A model generated the notes under the pieces. The model had not been told where the DNA came from, searched no databases, and was given only the letters and a program-made list of their open reading frames with translations. From contig JBFOMH010000017.1 in NCBI GenBank assembly GCA_040830765.1, positions 192,001 through 256,000 on the forward strand: a stretch of 64,000 bases of DNA, read 5' to 3'. The position numbers and the translations under genes were made by a program. The stretch comes from Puniceicoccaceae bacterium. Lineage in GTDB: Bacteria; Verrucomicrobiota; Verrucomicrobiia; Opitutales; Oceanipulchritudinaceae. Of the stretch, positions 22,241 through 32,645 are shown piece by piece; position 1 is the first letter of the stretch, and the number at the start of each line of letters is the position of its first letter.

Positions 22241-22990
22241 ATGGCCATGGAGCGCCAGACCCGGCAGTCGGTTACTATTTCCGTCCTCATTCATGGCGGT
22301 TTTGTTGCCCTTGCGCTGCTTTTCCTCTTGCTCGAGCGCTGGCTGGAGGAGCCGGAGCCAATCGTCTTTGAACTGGTCGCCGGGGCGCCTGCCCCAGTCA
22401 CCCAGGAGCGCCCGGCCGAGCCGATTGAAGAATCACCACTTGAACCGCTCGAAGTGCCGGATACGGAGCCCATCAAGCCCCTGCCGGATGTGCCCGAGTT
22501 GCCGGAACCGGAGCCTGATCCGCCGCCTGAGCCGGAACCCGAACCGGTAAAGACCATTTCCGCCGAGGAATTCTTCCGCAACCGCGACCGGCCGGACCGC
22601 GTCCAGCGGGTCCAGCAGCCCCGGACTCGACCGGTCACCGCCCCGGAAATCGAGACCAACGTCCGGGACCGCCTGTCCCAGCTCCCGGAAATCCAGATCC
22701 AGGGAGCGGAAATCGGCCAGTTTGAGAGCAATGATGCCCTCCTGCGCTACCTCGCCGCCCTCCGGCAGCAGATTCAGGCAGCCTTTGAGCCGACCGGTTC
22801 CAACCTCCAGGCGGAGGCCTATTTCACGGTCACCGCCCAAGGCCGCATCACCAATGCGCGGATCCATAAGTCATCCGGCGATGCCGCCTTCGACCGTTCT
22901 GCCATCCGCACCCTCCAGGTCGCCCGCACCCCCGGTCCGCCGCCGGGCGGCAGGGACTATACCTTCTCCCTCGTCTTCCGGAGCGAGTAG
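22241..22990 (+). CDS. TonB/TolA-like energy transducer
   Basis: N-terminal TM with SxxxH (SVLIH), a Pro/Glu-rich linker, and a C-terminal SSGDAAFDRSA motif. Confidence 0.85.
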   Translation: MAMERQTRQSVTISVLIHGGFVALALLFLLLERWLEEPEPIVFELVAGAPAPVTQERPAEPIEESPLEPLEVPDTEPIKPLPDVPELPEPEPDPPPEPEPEPVKTISAEEFFRNRDRPDRVQRVQQPRTRPVTAPEIETNVRDRLSQLPEIQIQGAEIGQFESNDALLRYLAALRQQIQAAFEPTGSNLQAEAYFTVTAQGRITNARIHKSSGDAAFDRSAIRTLQVARTPGPPPGGRDYTFSLVFRSE

Positions 22991-23000
22991 GCCGCTTCCC

Positions 23001-23057
23001 TTGGAATGCGGCGGCTTGACGCCGCCTTGCAAAGCGGCGACATGTCGCCGCACTCCA
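23001..23057. repeat. Inverted REP doublet (GGAGTGCGGCG-type palindromic repeat)
   Basis: TTGGAATGCGGCGGCTTGACGCCGCC followed by the inverted copy AAAGCGGCGACATGTCGCCGCACTCCA; each has a GCGGCG/CGCCGC hairpin. Confidence 0.7.
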
Positions 23058-23124
23058 CGGAGGTTCGTTAAAAAATAAGTTGACGCCACTCATTCGCCCT
23101 CTTTGCTTTTCCTTTCCTTTTGAT

Positions 23125-23200
23125 GGGGCCGTAGCTCAGTTGGAAGAGCGCCACAATGGCATTGTGGAGGTCGACGGTTCGATCCCGTTCGGCTCCACCA
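23125..23200 (+). tRNA. tRNA-Ala (anticodon GGC)
   Basis: 76 nt; acceptor GGGGCCG/CGGCTCC with G3:U70; anticodon stem CCACA/TGTGG with loop ATGGCAT; GTTCGA T-loop; encoded CCA. Confidence 0.97.
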
Positions 23201-23411
23201 TCTGAGTCACCCGACTTTTTGGTAAGGTCGCCTGTTGCGTCGGCAACGTTCTGAGCAGTAAATAACAGTATCCCAGCATCGTTGCCACTTTTTGCGCCAG
23301 GCGAAGGGCCGGAGGCAGACAGGGCAGACTTTCTCGGGTAGGCAGGCCTTGCGGTGGGTCATTTTCAAAAGCAGAGGCCCCGGAATTGTTTCCCGGGGAT
23401 TGATGAAACAG

Positions 23412-25298
23412 TCAATTTCCCTGCATCGAGTGGACGGCAGCCTTTGGATGAATGACCTTCATCTCGTTCTCTCCATGAACCGTGATGGTGGTTTCTATCA
23501 GGGAACGTACCTCAGCCACACTGAGTGCGGGATCAATGGCCCAGAGCTTGGCGGCGAGGTTGGTGACATAGGGAGCGGCGAGGGAGGTCCCGGAAATCAT
23601 GGTTGGCTTGCCGCCCGGCATTTTTGTCTGAACTTCGAAGCCATTGGCATAAAGGTTGATCGACTTCCCGAAGCTGGTAAAGGATGCCGGTTCGAGCGCG
23701 GAATCAACGGCACCCACTGTGAGGACATTGGGCAGTTGGATGCCAGCTGGCATGCTGCGCACGAAATCGACGCTTTCGTCCTCATTGCCGGCGCCAGCCA
23801 CAAAGAGAATTTCCGGGGCGGATTCAAAAGCGCTGACCAAGGCGGCCAGCATGGTGTCGTAGATGGCGATGGCCCGATCCCGCCGAAGCTGCTCATCCGG
23901 TTCCACTGAGGCCAGGGATCCTTCAATCATCGGGGTGGTGACCCGCCAGCTCATGTTGACGACCCGGGCGTTGGCTTCCTTCAGGTAGTCCACGGTGCGC
24001 TGGATGTATTTGGAGAAGCTCTCGGCGTAGGCTTCATCAAACGGGTCAGGCACCGGCTTGACGTCAAAAGTGAAGCGGACATAAAGCAGGCGGGCTGCCG
24101 GATTGTCCTCAACCGAGGTGTAGGCGGTCATCGTACCATGGGAGTAGAGGCCCAAGCGGCCCAGCATCATGACATAGTCCTGGACGTCCTCCGGGGCGAG
24201 GGCGGCAATAGTCCCGCGGAGCTTGCGCGCTGCCTCACTGTCGATGTTGGCTTGTTGATCCATGGCCCCAACAATAAGATCAAGCAGATCATCAATCCGG
24301 GCCAGATCTTCTTCCGGCATCGGTTGCAGGGCGCCGGTTGAAGGCTCATTGTCGATCCCGAAGGCGATGCCGTGGATATCATCAACAAATCCATTTCCAT
24401 CGTCGTCCTGCCCGTTGGCGGTCTCGTTTTCGTTAACCCATAATCTGCCTGGGAACACAGATGGGTCCATACCGCTGTCCCAATTGCCGACCACAACCGG
24501 GGTCAGGTTTTCTGCTTCTGAAAGGTCGACCAGCCGTTCTGACCAGCGATCCGGCTTCTCAATGGTGTTTGCCTCGAGGTAGGCCATTAATGGCTCCAGG
24601 ATGGCCTGCTTTTGCTCAACCAGCTGCACGGTCCGCATGACGCCAAGGATGGTCGCCGCAAAGTCGCGGCTCACTTCCATTCCCTGTGCCTCCGCATTGG
24701 GATCCATACCGCCCATGGCATGCCCGAGGACCAGATGAGGTGTCATCATCTCAAACTGTCCCTTAAGGAACTGCAGATTGTCCTGCACCAGTTCATAATC
24801 AAGCAGCTCCAGGCGCTGGGCCAACTGCTTTGAAAATTCCTCAGCAAAACCTTCCGAATCGGCCCCTCCAGCCGCCAGGGATGCTGCTGCGTAGCTATCC
24901 GAGATGATATTGGAAACGGCCTTCTGGGCGGGCTTTGTATGGAGCGGTTTCACCTTGGCCCCCAATTCGAGGACGGCATTCCACTCGCCGCGAACGAAGG
25001 CTACGGCGTAGAGGTTGTCGTAAAAGCCCTTGAGGGCGGTTTCGTCCCCGATTTCATATTGCTCCAGAATCTCCCGGGCATCCTTTTCGACATCTGTCAA
25101 AAGAGCCTCAAGGGGAGCGCCGCCATCGTTGACTATGGCGCTGGGCATTGCCTGCAGGGAAATGAGCTTACGGGGGAGGTCGTTTACGGATTCAATCTTC
25201 ATTTTCTCTGCTTTCGCTGTGGTTGTCGTCACGGCCATGATGGCTGCCACGGCAACCAAACAGGCTGCCGGCAAGTTTCGTGTGCGTTGTCTGGTCAC
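23412..25298 (-). CDS. Secreted S8 (subtilisin-family) serine peptidase
   Basis: Triad motifs NWDSG, SHGT and GTSLAAP; oxyanion [19 protein letters not shown] loop; GTG start at 25298 with an AGGA RBS and a signal peptide. Confidence 0.85.
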   Translation of the reverse strand: MTRQRTRNLPAACLVAVAAIMAVTTTTAKAEKMKIESVNDLPRKLISLQAMPSAIVNDGGAPLEALLTDVEKDAREILEQYEIGDETALKGFYDNLYAVAFVRGEWNAVLELGAKVKPLHTKPAQKAVSNIISDSYAAASLAAGGADSEGFAEEFSKQLAQRLELLDYELVQDNLQFLKGQFEMMTPHLVLGHAMGGMDPNAEAQGMEVSRDFAATILGVMRTVQLVEQKQAILEPLMAYLEANTIEKPDRWSERLVDLSEAENLTPVVVGNWDSGMDPSVFPGRLWVNENETANGQDDDGNGFVDDIHGIAFGIDNEPSTGALQPMPEEDLARIDDLLDLIVGAMDQQANIDSEAARKLRGTIAALAPEDVQDYVMMLGRLGLYSHGTMTAYTSVEDNPAARLLYVRFTFDVKPVPDPFDEAYAESFSKYIQRTVDYLKEANARVVNMSWRVTTPMIEGSLASVEPDEQLRRDRAIAIYDTMLAALVSAFESAPEILFVAGAGNEDESVDFVRSMPAGIQLPNVLTVGAVDSALEPASFTSFGKSINLYANGFEVQTKMPGGKPTMISGTSLAAPYVTNLAAKLWAIDPALSVAEVRSLIETTITVHGENEMKVIHPKAAVHSMQGN

Positions 25299-25466
25299 TG
25301 GTTTTCCTTTCGGTGCATTGGCAGTTCTTTCAGCCTGGTAACTTGGGAGAGAACGTTCGTCCGTCAATTGAGGCCACACAAAAATAATTCCTTCCCTTTG
25401 CGGCCAAGGTCACAGGGGTGAAATTAATCCGTTTACCTGCAGGCGGCCTGAGCGTCAGCCAACGAC

Positions 25467-26531
25467 CTATTGGCCCAATATCTGGCCGGAGTGTGGCATC
25501 TTGAGGGTTTTCCCGAGGACCAGGGTTCCATGGACATGCAAATCGGTCTGGGGATGTGATGGACCGAACTGCCCGCGGTTCAGCATGGCGACGATGAGAT
25601 CGATTCCCTGTCGGCCGATTGTCTTGCCGTCTTCATGGATGCCGCAGCGATCGGGGTCATTGGAAAACAGGGAAGTCCAGGCCAGGGATAGGTCTTCCGG
25701 GACGCGAATACCTGCCTCCTTGAGGACGGATTCATAGTCGTCGTTTTGGTGCAGCACGAGGGCATCAAAGCGGTATTCCCTGACCCATTCCAGGAACTTT
25801 GGCTTGGTCTCCTCGTTGAGGTCTTCCTGAAAAAGTGGGGCCGGAAGGTGATCGGGAAGGTATTCCTGATGAGCTCCCAGGAAACCTGCCGCGAATCCGA
25901 AATTAACCCGTTGGTTGATCCAGCGTGGGCAGGCAAGTCCAATTCGCTTGAAGCCTGACCGGACAAGAAATTTGAAAAGCGTAATCGTGTTACCAACCTG
26001 ATCCGGGGTTACGGAAGGCAGATTTGTCGCCCGCAGACTGTGCCCGAGACGCACAGCGGAGAACTTCTCCCAGTCGAATTCAAGGGTTTGTACCCCCGCG
26101 TCCAACGGCGGGATGAGCACGCCCTTGATACCCCGGGCGATGAGAATACTGGTCGCCCGCTTGTCTGTCATGCGAGGGTTCTGAAGCCAGAAGTTCTCCA
26201 GCTTGTACCCCAGCTCCTCAACGCGCTCCTTTGCCCCGCAGTAACATTCCCAACCGATGCCTCTCTGTCCCTGGGTCGGTTCCGGAGTTGGATGGGTGTT
26301 TATCCAGGCAATGGTCGCGGAACGCCGGTCAATCTTCTTGCTGCAGCGGTAGGCATTCAAGGCCGCCAGTATCGGATCCGGTTTGTATCCCAGCTCCTTT
26401 GCCGCCTCACTTACCCGCTTCTTTGTCTTTTCACTGATCCGGGGCGAGTTCCTCAACGCTTCCGCCACCGTCGTGTAATGCATCCCGATGTGTTTCGCGA
26501 TGTCACGGGTCGTTATCCGTTTCATGTTCAT
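25467..26531 (-). CDS. LacI-family transcriptional regulator
   Basis: N-terminal HTH (ITTRDIAKHIGMHYTTVAEALRN...LGYKPDP) and sugar-binding domain (GIRVPEDLS). Confidence 0.9.
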   Translation of the reverse strand: MNMKRITTRDIAKHIGMHYTTVAEALRNSPRISEKTKKRVSEAAKELGYKPDPILAALNAYRCSKKIDRRSATIAWINTHPTPEPTQGQRGIGWECYCGAKERVEELGYKLENFWLQNPRMTDKRATSILIARGIKGVLIPPLDAGVQTLEFDWEKFSAVRLGHSLRATNLPSVTPDQVGNTITLFKFLVRSGFKRIGLACPRWINQRVNFGFAAGFLGAHQEYLPDHLPAPLFQEDLNEETKPKFLEWVREYRFDALVLHQNDDYESVLKEAGIRVPEDLSLAWTSLFSNDPDRCGIHEDGKTIGRQGIDLIVAMLNRGQFGPSHPQTDLHVHGTLVLGKTLKMPHSGQILGQ

Positions 26532-26859
26532 TTTCCTTCCTGTATAAAAATGGCTTTCAGCCGCCCCGTCAACGCATCTCCTACAGAAAGGAAATTCATC
26601 GGTAGCTTGGCTTTGGAAGAGGAAGGAAGGCGGGAAGGGCTTGCTTGTCAGATCCAGCGACCGTGGTGACATTTTTGGAGCCCGCAATCATACAGTAAGG
26701 ACGGCAACAACCTTCAAATCCCGGGGCTGTCAGCAGATAGTTTCTGACAGAGAGGTGCCCCGATCCACTACTCCTGCGAGGAAAGGCTCCTGACGGGTGA
26801 TGCCTGGGCCATGGACCGGGGAATATCTCCTCAACCCTGAACAGAACGAACCCAAGACA

Positions 26860-29445
26860 ATGAAGGAAATGAGACAAATCCCAAGATTCCCCAAGACCAC
26901 CTTGATGGCCACTTTGGCGACCGTGGCGTTTTTCAGTGGGCCGGTACAGGCCGACTGGCAATTGATAACCGATTTTTCCACCGAAGCACGTGAAGATGTG
27001 TACGCATGGAAGCGCTTCGGATATGGCACCCTGTACTTTGACGGCCTTGATGTTACGGATGCGACCAACCGCGCCCTCTACATGGACGGCGAAGAGCCGG
27101 ACGAAAACCGCGGCAATACCATCCATGTTGCGATGCCACTGCCCGAAGGCGGTGTAGCCGAAGGTGCCGATGCCACCCTGAAGTTTGATTTTTTCACCTA
27201 TGGTGCAGCGTCGCAGTTCCTGATTGGCCTGAGCGATGTGGCCATCACCGTTGATGATAACCTTACGCTGGATAACGGCCGGTTGCTGACCCCGAATGCC
27301 TTTGGCGATTACGAGACCACATCACGCATGCGCACCACATTTGATGCCCGCGAAGGAAACCTCTATGTCGTCTCGGAAGAAACCATCCCGGTCGGCGAAT
27401 GGATGACCTGTTACCAGTACATCGACAACGCGACGGATACCTATGAAATCTACATCAAGACGCAGGCGGACTCCGAACCGCGTCAGCTCATTGCTGAAGG
27501 CATATTCAGCTTCGCTTTCCGCAACGGTACAACGGATGCCCTGGAGACCCTGTTCCTGGCCGCGACCCGCGGAACGGGAGATGCCTATACGGACGTTTTC
27601 GTCGTGGACAACATTTACATCGACCTGGCTGGCCGGAATGCCGAGCTCCCGGAACCGGTAACTGAGCCCAAGACGGAGGCCCTCGGTTATCCTCTTCAGG
27701 ATGGCTACATTGATACCGCTGACTGGCTGGGCTGGCTTTATGCTGAAGAAGATCCGTTCTTCTGGAACATCACCTGGAACAACTGGTGCTACGTTGACGA
27801 GGCTGGATTTGACCAGAAAGCTGGCGGCTGGGTCTATTTCTACTACGGCGATACACCGTGGGAAGACTGGATCATTGGCCAGGACGGCAATGTCGACACC
27901 GGCAATTTCATGCAGTGGATCTACATCGCCGACGGCACAGATTACGTCTACAGCTATACGCTGGCCCGCTGGATCTACATGCCGCAGCCAAGCGCCGGGA
28001 ACCCGGGCGCATGGGCCTATGTTGCCCCGTTAAGTATTATCCCCGCCGCTAACTATACAATTACCGGGACAACGATTGCCCCGCTGATTGACGGCATTGC
28101 CAGCGAAGGCGAATGGGCCGATGCAACGGTCATCAGCCTGACCTACGACGCGCTTGTGACAAATGGTATCGGGACCAGCAAGATTGACCGCGATGCGGGC
28201 TCACCGCAGCCGGACGCTGTTCGCGCGGAAGGCACGGCCTACATGACGGCCACCGCCTACGGCATCTACCTTGGATTTGATATCACCGATGGGGACATTA
28301 CGCCGAATCCCGGATTTGGAGCGAGTGGCAACACCTATGATGGAGTCCAGATTGGCATCGATGTGAATCCCGAGCCGGTCGACCGGACCTCAACGGTCCT
28401 GCTGGACATCAATCCGGTATCGGAAGTCGAAGGCAACCCGACCAATGTCTATGCCCGCTGGGCCATTGCCGGTTATGATCCTGCATGGGGTGTCCAGGCC
28501 TCCTCGACCCTGACCGAAACGGGTTATTTCGTGGAAACGGTCATCCCGTGGTCCTTCGTGACCTCCTTCGGGGTAGAAAACCCGCTCGATGCCGGTTCCC
28601 TTCTGAAGCTGACCCTGATTGTCGTGGACCGCGACGAAACTGGAGCCGTGCGTGAACTGCTCTGGGACAGTGGCGAAGGAACGATTTCCATCGGAAATGC
28701 CGCCACGTGGCCGGATGCAGTCATTGGTGAGGACCTTGGCCAGGTGCCGGGCAGTTACTCGATTCCGAAGGTTGTAACGGCACCAACTGTCGACGGGACC
28801 ATTGGTGAAGGTGAGTGGCTTTATGCCACACATACCGCCGCCACCTATGAGAACTGGATCGAAACCAACGGTGGAACCAGCCGGTTGGACCGTGACACCG
28901 CAATGTCCAATCCGGACGCAGAGCGATCCGAAGGGGACATCTACATGGCTGCCACTGATGAAGCGCTCTACTTCGGGGCTATCATCAACGATGCCACTCC
29001 CTATTGGAACACCGAGTTTGGCAACGCCAGTAACAACAATGACGGGGTGCAGCTTTGCATCGACTTGAATCCGAATTCCGTTGACCGCTCAACCGCAACC
29101 CTCTGGGACTTCACTCCGGTCACCTCTGTTGGTGGTGAACTGACCGGGCCAGCCAATATCTTTACCCGCTTTGCGCTGGCAGGATATGATGCAGCCTGGG
29201 GTGTTGAAGCTGCCGGCAGCTTGTTTGAAGGCGGCTACATCATCGAGGTGAAGATGCCCTGGCAGACGCTGCGGGACATCGGCTTCGACAATCCGCTCGA
29301 CGCGGGTTCCCTCTTCAGGATCGGTTTCATTGTCGTCGACATGGGTGAGGATGGCGTTGCCAATGACCTCATCATCGATTTCGGCTCCCGTGTCTGGCAA
29401 GTAGCCAATACGGAGCTGTGGAACAATGCAGTCCTGGATGACTGA
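26860..29445 (+). CDS. Secreted protein with internal Trp-rich repeat pair and two tandem CBM9/DOMON-like sugar-binding domains
   Basis: Signal peptide; two repeats of APxIDG...EW...DGVQxxID...GYxxExxxPW; internal GWLY/QWIY repeats. Confidence 0.7.
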   Translation: MKEMRQIPRFPKTTLMATLATVAFFSGPVQADWQLITDFSTEAREDVYAWKRFGYGTLYFDGLDVTDATNRALYMDGEEPDENRGNTIHVAMPLPEGGVAEGADATLKFDFFTYGAASQFLIGLSDVAITVDDNLTLDNGRLLTPNAFGDYETTSRMRTTFDAREGNLYVVSEETIPVGEWMTCYQYIDNATDTYEIYIKTQADSEPRQLIAEGIFSFAFRNGTTDALETLFLAATRGTGDAYTDVFVVDNIYIDLAGRNAELPEPVTEPKTEALGYPLQDGYIDTADWLGWLYAEEDPFFWNITWNNWCYVDEAGFDQKAGGWVYFYYGDTPWEDWIIGQDGNVDTGNFMQWIYIADGTDYVYSYTLARWIYMPQPSAGNPGAWAYVAPLSIIPAANYTITGTTIAPLIDGIASEGEWADATVISLTYDALVTNGIGTSKIDRDAGSPQPDAVRAEGTAYMTATAYGIYLGFDITDGDITPNPGFGASGNTYDGVQIGIDVNPEPVDRTSTVLLDINPVSEVEGNPTNVYARWAIAGYDPAWGVQASSTLTETGYFVETVIPWSFVTSFGVENPLDAGSLLKLTLIVVDRDETGAVRELLWDSGEGTISIGNAATWPDAVIGEDLGQVPGSYSIPKVVTAPTVDGTIGEGEWLYATHTAATYENWIETNGGTSRLDRDTAMSNPDAERSEGDIYMAATDEALYFGAIINDATPYWNTEFGNASNNNDGVQLCIDLNPNSVDRSTATLWDFTPVTSVGGELTGPANIFTRFALAGYDAAWGVEAAGSLFEGGYIIEVKMPWQTLRDIGFDNPLDAGSLFRIGFIVVDMGEDGVANDLIIDFGSRVWQVANTELWNNAVLDD

Positions 29446-29500
29446 ACAACAGCTTTGTGAGTAATTCCCGTCCTAACTCAATTAGGACAGGGTAGGGTTA

Positions 29501-29540
29501 AGCCGCCACTTGGACTTGTTCTGGGTGGCGGCTATTTTTT
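29501..29540 (+). terminator. Rho-independent terminator between convergent genes
   Basis: Stem AGCCGCCAC/GTGGCGGCT followed by ATTTTTT. Confidence 0.75.
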
Positions 29541-29556
29541 CCGAAAAAGAGGAATC

Positions 29557-30876
29557 CTACCGGTCCCGCTGGAGAGGCTTTGCGGTTGAATCCAGCCAAG
29601 CCTGCAATTCGGCTTTCAGCTTGGAAACCTTCTCCGGTTGCATAGATGAAAGATCCTTACGGTCGGAAAGGTCTTCCCTGAGGTCGTAGAGTTCCGTCCG
29701 GTCGGTCCAGGCGATTATCTTGTCCCAGCCCTTGATGAGGACCCGGGAGTCAAGATTACTGTCGAGGTCGTTGAGACGGGAAAGGTCGATATCATGGGCA
29801 TAGTCCTCGACGATGACCCTGTCTCGCTTGGCGAGCCCATTCACATCCCGCAAGTCGAGGCCGGCCATTTCGCAGGGAATCTCAATGCCGGCGGCCTTGA
29901 GGATGGTCGGGGCAATGTCGATGTTGCTGACCAGGGTTACAGAGTCCCGCTGAGGGGTGACCTTCCCGGGATACTTAATCATGATGGGGGTGCGGATACC
30001 GTCCTCATAGGGCTCCCGCTTCGACCGAATGGAGCGCTCGGCCTGCTCCGGGTTGGAGACCCAGCCATTGTCGCAGGTGTAGATAATCATCGTTTCATCG
30101 GTGATCCCCTTTTTATCGAGATAATCCAGCACTTCTCCACAGACTTCATCGAACCACTCGATATTGGCCCAGTAGCGGGCGGTGGACTCATTCGGGGCGA
30201 CCTTCAAGTATTTTTCGACAAGCTCTGCCCGGGCATTGTGCGGGGTATGGGGAAGGAAAACCCCATACCAGACGAAGAACGGTTTTTGTTCTTCGAGGGC
30301 CTTGTCGACAAAGTCGTAATAGGGCTCATGGGTTGTCCGGCCAATTTCCAGACCGACATCACCATGGCGTCCGCCCTCAAGGGTCCTGCCGTGGGTCATG
30401 GCATCCGTGAATCCATGGTCGATTGGATTTTCTTCCCACCACTTGCCGGTTTGCAGGGTGAGGTAGCCATTGTCCTTCAGGAGGCGGACAAAGGAAGGTA
30501 ACTTGTGCATGGGCGCGGTCATTTTCGTCCGCCATTTGTCGAACAGCTCCTTGTTGTTGCGGTGGTGGACCTTGCCCGGTAGAACCGGGTCATTGCCGCG
30601 GATTAAGTGCTGATGCGGATGCATTCCGGTAACCAGGCTGGCCAGGGATGGCCGGCAAAGGGGTGCCGAAACGTAGCCGCGCTCGAAGAGCAGCGATTGA
30701 CTGGCTAGCTTGTCAAGGCGCGGGGTCGCCACTTGCTCGTGTCCCATGAAGCCATAGTCATTCCAAGTCTGATCATCACTGATGATCAAAACGACGTTGG
30801 GCGGCTTTGCGGAAACGAGGGATGCTGCGATAAGGAGACACGCAAGGAGAAGGAATGAATATACTTTCATTTTCAT
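29557..30876 (-). CDS. Secreted formylglycine-type (S1) sulfatase-like hydrolase
   Basis: PNVVLIISDDQ, TPRLDKLA, LCRPSLASLVTG, GKW, PHTPH and DNG motifs; signal peptide. Confidence 0.88.
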   Translation of the reverse strand: MKMKVYSFLLLACLLIAASLVSAKPPNVVLIISDDQTWNDYGFMGHEQVATPRLDKLASQSLLFERGYVSAPLCRPSLASLVTGMHPHQHLIRGNDPVLPGKVHHRNNKELFDKWRTKMTAPMHKLPSFVRLLKDNGYLTLQTGKWWEENPIDHGFTDAMTHGRTLEGGRHGDVGLEIGRTTHEPYYDFVDKALEEQKPFFVWYGVFLPHTPHNARAELVEKYLKVAPNESTARYWANIEWFDEVCGEVLDYLDKKGITDETMIIYTCDNGWVSNPEQAERSIRSKREPYEDGIRTPIMIKYPGKVTPQRDSVTLVSNIDIAPTILKAAGIEIPCEMAGLDLRDVNGLAKRDRVIVEDYAHDIDLSRLNDLDSNLDSRVLIKGWDKIIAWTDRTELYDLREDLSDRKDLSSMQPEKVSKLKAELQAWLDSTAKPLQRDR

Positions 30877-30905
30877 GGCTAAGGTGGGGAAACGTGCCGA
30901 CGGCA

Positions 30906-32645
30906 CTAGGCTTCTTTTGACTTGTTGCCGCTCTTGCGCAGGAGGACACCAATTCCCAGGACGCAGCCGCCACAGAACAGGAAGGCAAGCCGGCCGAACA
31001 TCGGGTTTGGGATCATGGAGAGCAGGAGAATAAAGCTGCCGAATCCCATGGCGACGCCCCCCATGAGGTGGGCCTGCTTGTAGTCCGTGGTCGTGCCCTC
31101 GATTTCGTCCTCCGTGATCGGTCGGCGCATCCGGTCGTTGAAGGATTCAATTTCCTTCCGGCGCTGTTCCGGGAGGCGGTTCCACCACAACGAGCTGAGG
31201 AGAAACCAGCTGCCACAAATGACAATGTTAACAAACACACTGATACCGGCCAGGTAATAGTTGACCTCCGCCCCTTCAATCGGGCGCCCGATGACCCCCT
31301 CGGCAAATTCAACATTAAAGAATGTGTTGATAATGAGAGAATTGCAAAATCCGATCACGGTCGTGGTCCATGCCGCCCATGGGGCCGGCTTGCGGAAGAT
31401 CATGACCAGCATCAGGGGAATGGTCATCGGGAACATGACCATGGAACCGAACCATTGCACCAGTTCGAATATCCCGACCGTCTTCAGACGGGTAATGTTG
31501 AGCGCGGCAATGATGATCAGGGCTCCCAGAAAGCAAGTCGTCAGCCGGCTGACAATGACCAGCTCCTTCTCGCTGGCCTTCGGTCGCAGGACCGGCAGAT
31601 AGAAGTTCCTGACAAAGATGCCCGCGTTACGGTTTAACCCGGTATCCATGCAGGAGACGGTGGCTCCCAGCATGGCGCAGATCATCAGCCCCATCATGCC
31701 CATCGGGAGCAGTTTCATCGCGACCGCGACATAGGCGGCCTCCTCCGGCTTGTTCAGCTGGGGAAACATGCCGGCCAGGTCGGGGAACATGATCGCTGCC
31801 GCCAGGGGTGGCGTAAACCAGACCAGGGGACCGAGATAGGAGAGAATGGCCGCCAGGGCCGCCGCCTTGCGCGCGTGCTCGGAGTTCTTGACGGCGAGGT
31901 AGCGTCCGGACTCGATGAGATTGTTACAGTTGATGAACTGCCGGACAATGTTGGAAATCAGCCAGAAGAGGAGCAGGCCGTTGGCAAAGGGGGCGGACAG
32001 GTCAAGATGCCCCTCCGGCATCTTGTCAAAGAACCCGGAAACACCGCCAACCTCATGCAGGGCCGCCACAGCTGCCACGATGGTCACTGGAATCATGACC
32101 AAAAGCTGGACGAAGTCGTTCGAGGAGGAGGCCCATGAACCGCCCAGCAGGGTGGAAATGATGACCACTGTCCCGGTGATGATGATAGCCCACTGGAGGG
32201 GTATGCCAAAGGCAAGGGAGACGAAAATACAAAGGCCAAAGAGCCAGATCGACCCGCCAAACACCCCGAACGGGACACTGAGCCAGGTGTAGAATTGCTG
32301 GCTGAACTTGTCGAAGCGCTCACGGACGGCTTCGATAGAGGTGATCACCCGTAACTGCCTCGACCGGGCAGCGAAGTAAAAGTAATTGATGGTGAATCCG
32401 ATGGCGTTACCAAGGTAGATGGTCAGGACGCCCCATCCCTCACTGTAGGCGCTTGATGCCGCACCGGTGAAGGTCCAGGCACTGAACTGGATCATGAAGG
32501 CCGAGGAACCGACCAGCCACCAGACCATCGTCCCGCCCCCGCGGAAGTAATCACTGGTGTTGGTGACAAATTTGGAGGTGAGGTAGCCGACTGTCAGGAG
32601 AAGGCAGAAGTAGGCTGCGATGACGATGTAGTCGTAAGGGGTCAT
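30906..32645 (-). CDS. Sodium:solute symporter (SSS) family transporter
   Basis: SDYFRGGG, WWLVGSSAFM and FSAWTFTG motifs with many TM segments. Confidence 0.88.
   Translation of the reverse strand: MTPYDYIVIAAYFCLLLTVGYLTSKFVTNTSDYFRGGGTMVWWLVGSSAFMIQFSAWTFTGAASSAYSEGWGVLTIYLGNAIGFTINYFYFAARSRQLRVITSIEAVRERFDKFSQQFYTWLSVPFGVFGGSIWLFGLCIFVSLAFGIPLQWAIIITGTVVIISTLLGGSWASSSNDFVQLLVMIPVTIVAAVAALHEVGGVSGFFDKMPEGHLDLSAPFANGLLLFWLISNIVRQFINCNNLIESGRYLAVKNSEHARKAAALAAILSYLGPLVWFTPPLAAAIMFPDLAGMFPQLNKPEEAAYVAVAMKLLPMGMMGLMICAMLGATVSCMDTGLNRNAGIFVRNFYLPVLRPKASEKELVIVSRLTTCFLGALIIIAALNITRLKTVGIFELVQWFGSMVMFPMTIPLMLVMIFRKPAPWAAWTTTVIGFCNSLIINTFFNVEFAEGVIGRPIEGAEVNYYLAGISVFVNIVICGSWFLLSSLWWNRLPEQRRKEIESFNDRMRRPITEDEIEGTTTDYKQAHLMGGVAMGFGSFILLLSMIPNPMFGRLAFLFCGGCVLGIGVLLRKSGNKSKEA

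Noticed and set aside
22430..22550. Pro/Glu repeat in the TonB-like protein
   Set aside because: Ordinary periplasm-spanning linker for this family.
26770..26800. Minus-strand CCCGTCAG...CCTCGCAGG resembling the 3' end of the ydaO c-di-AMP riboswitch
   Set aside because: The 5' conserved elements are absent and the spacing differs.
23125..32645. Possible genomic island integrated at tRNA-Ala
   Set aside because: No integrase and no duplicated tRNA 3' end (att site) noticed; no obvious compositional shift by eye.
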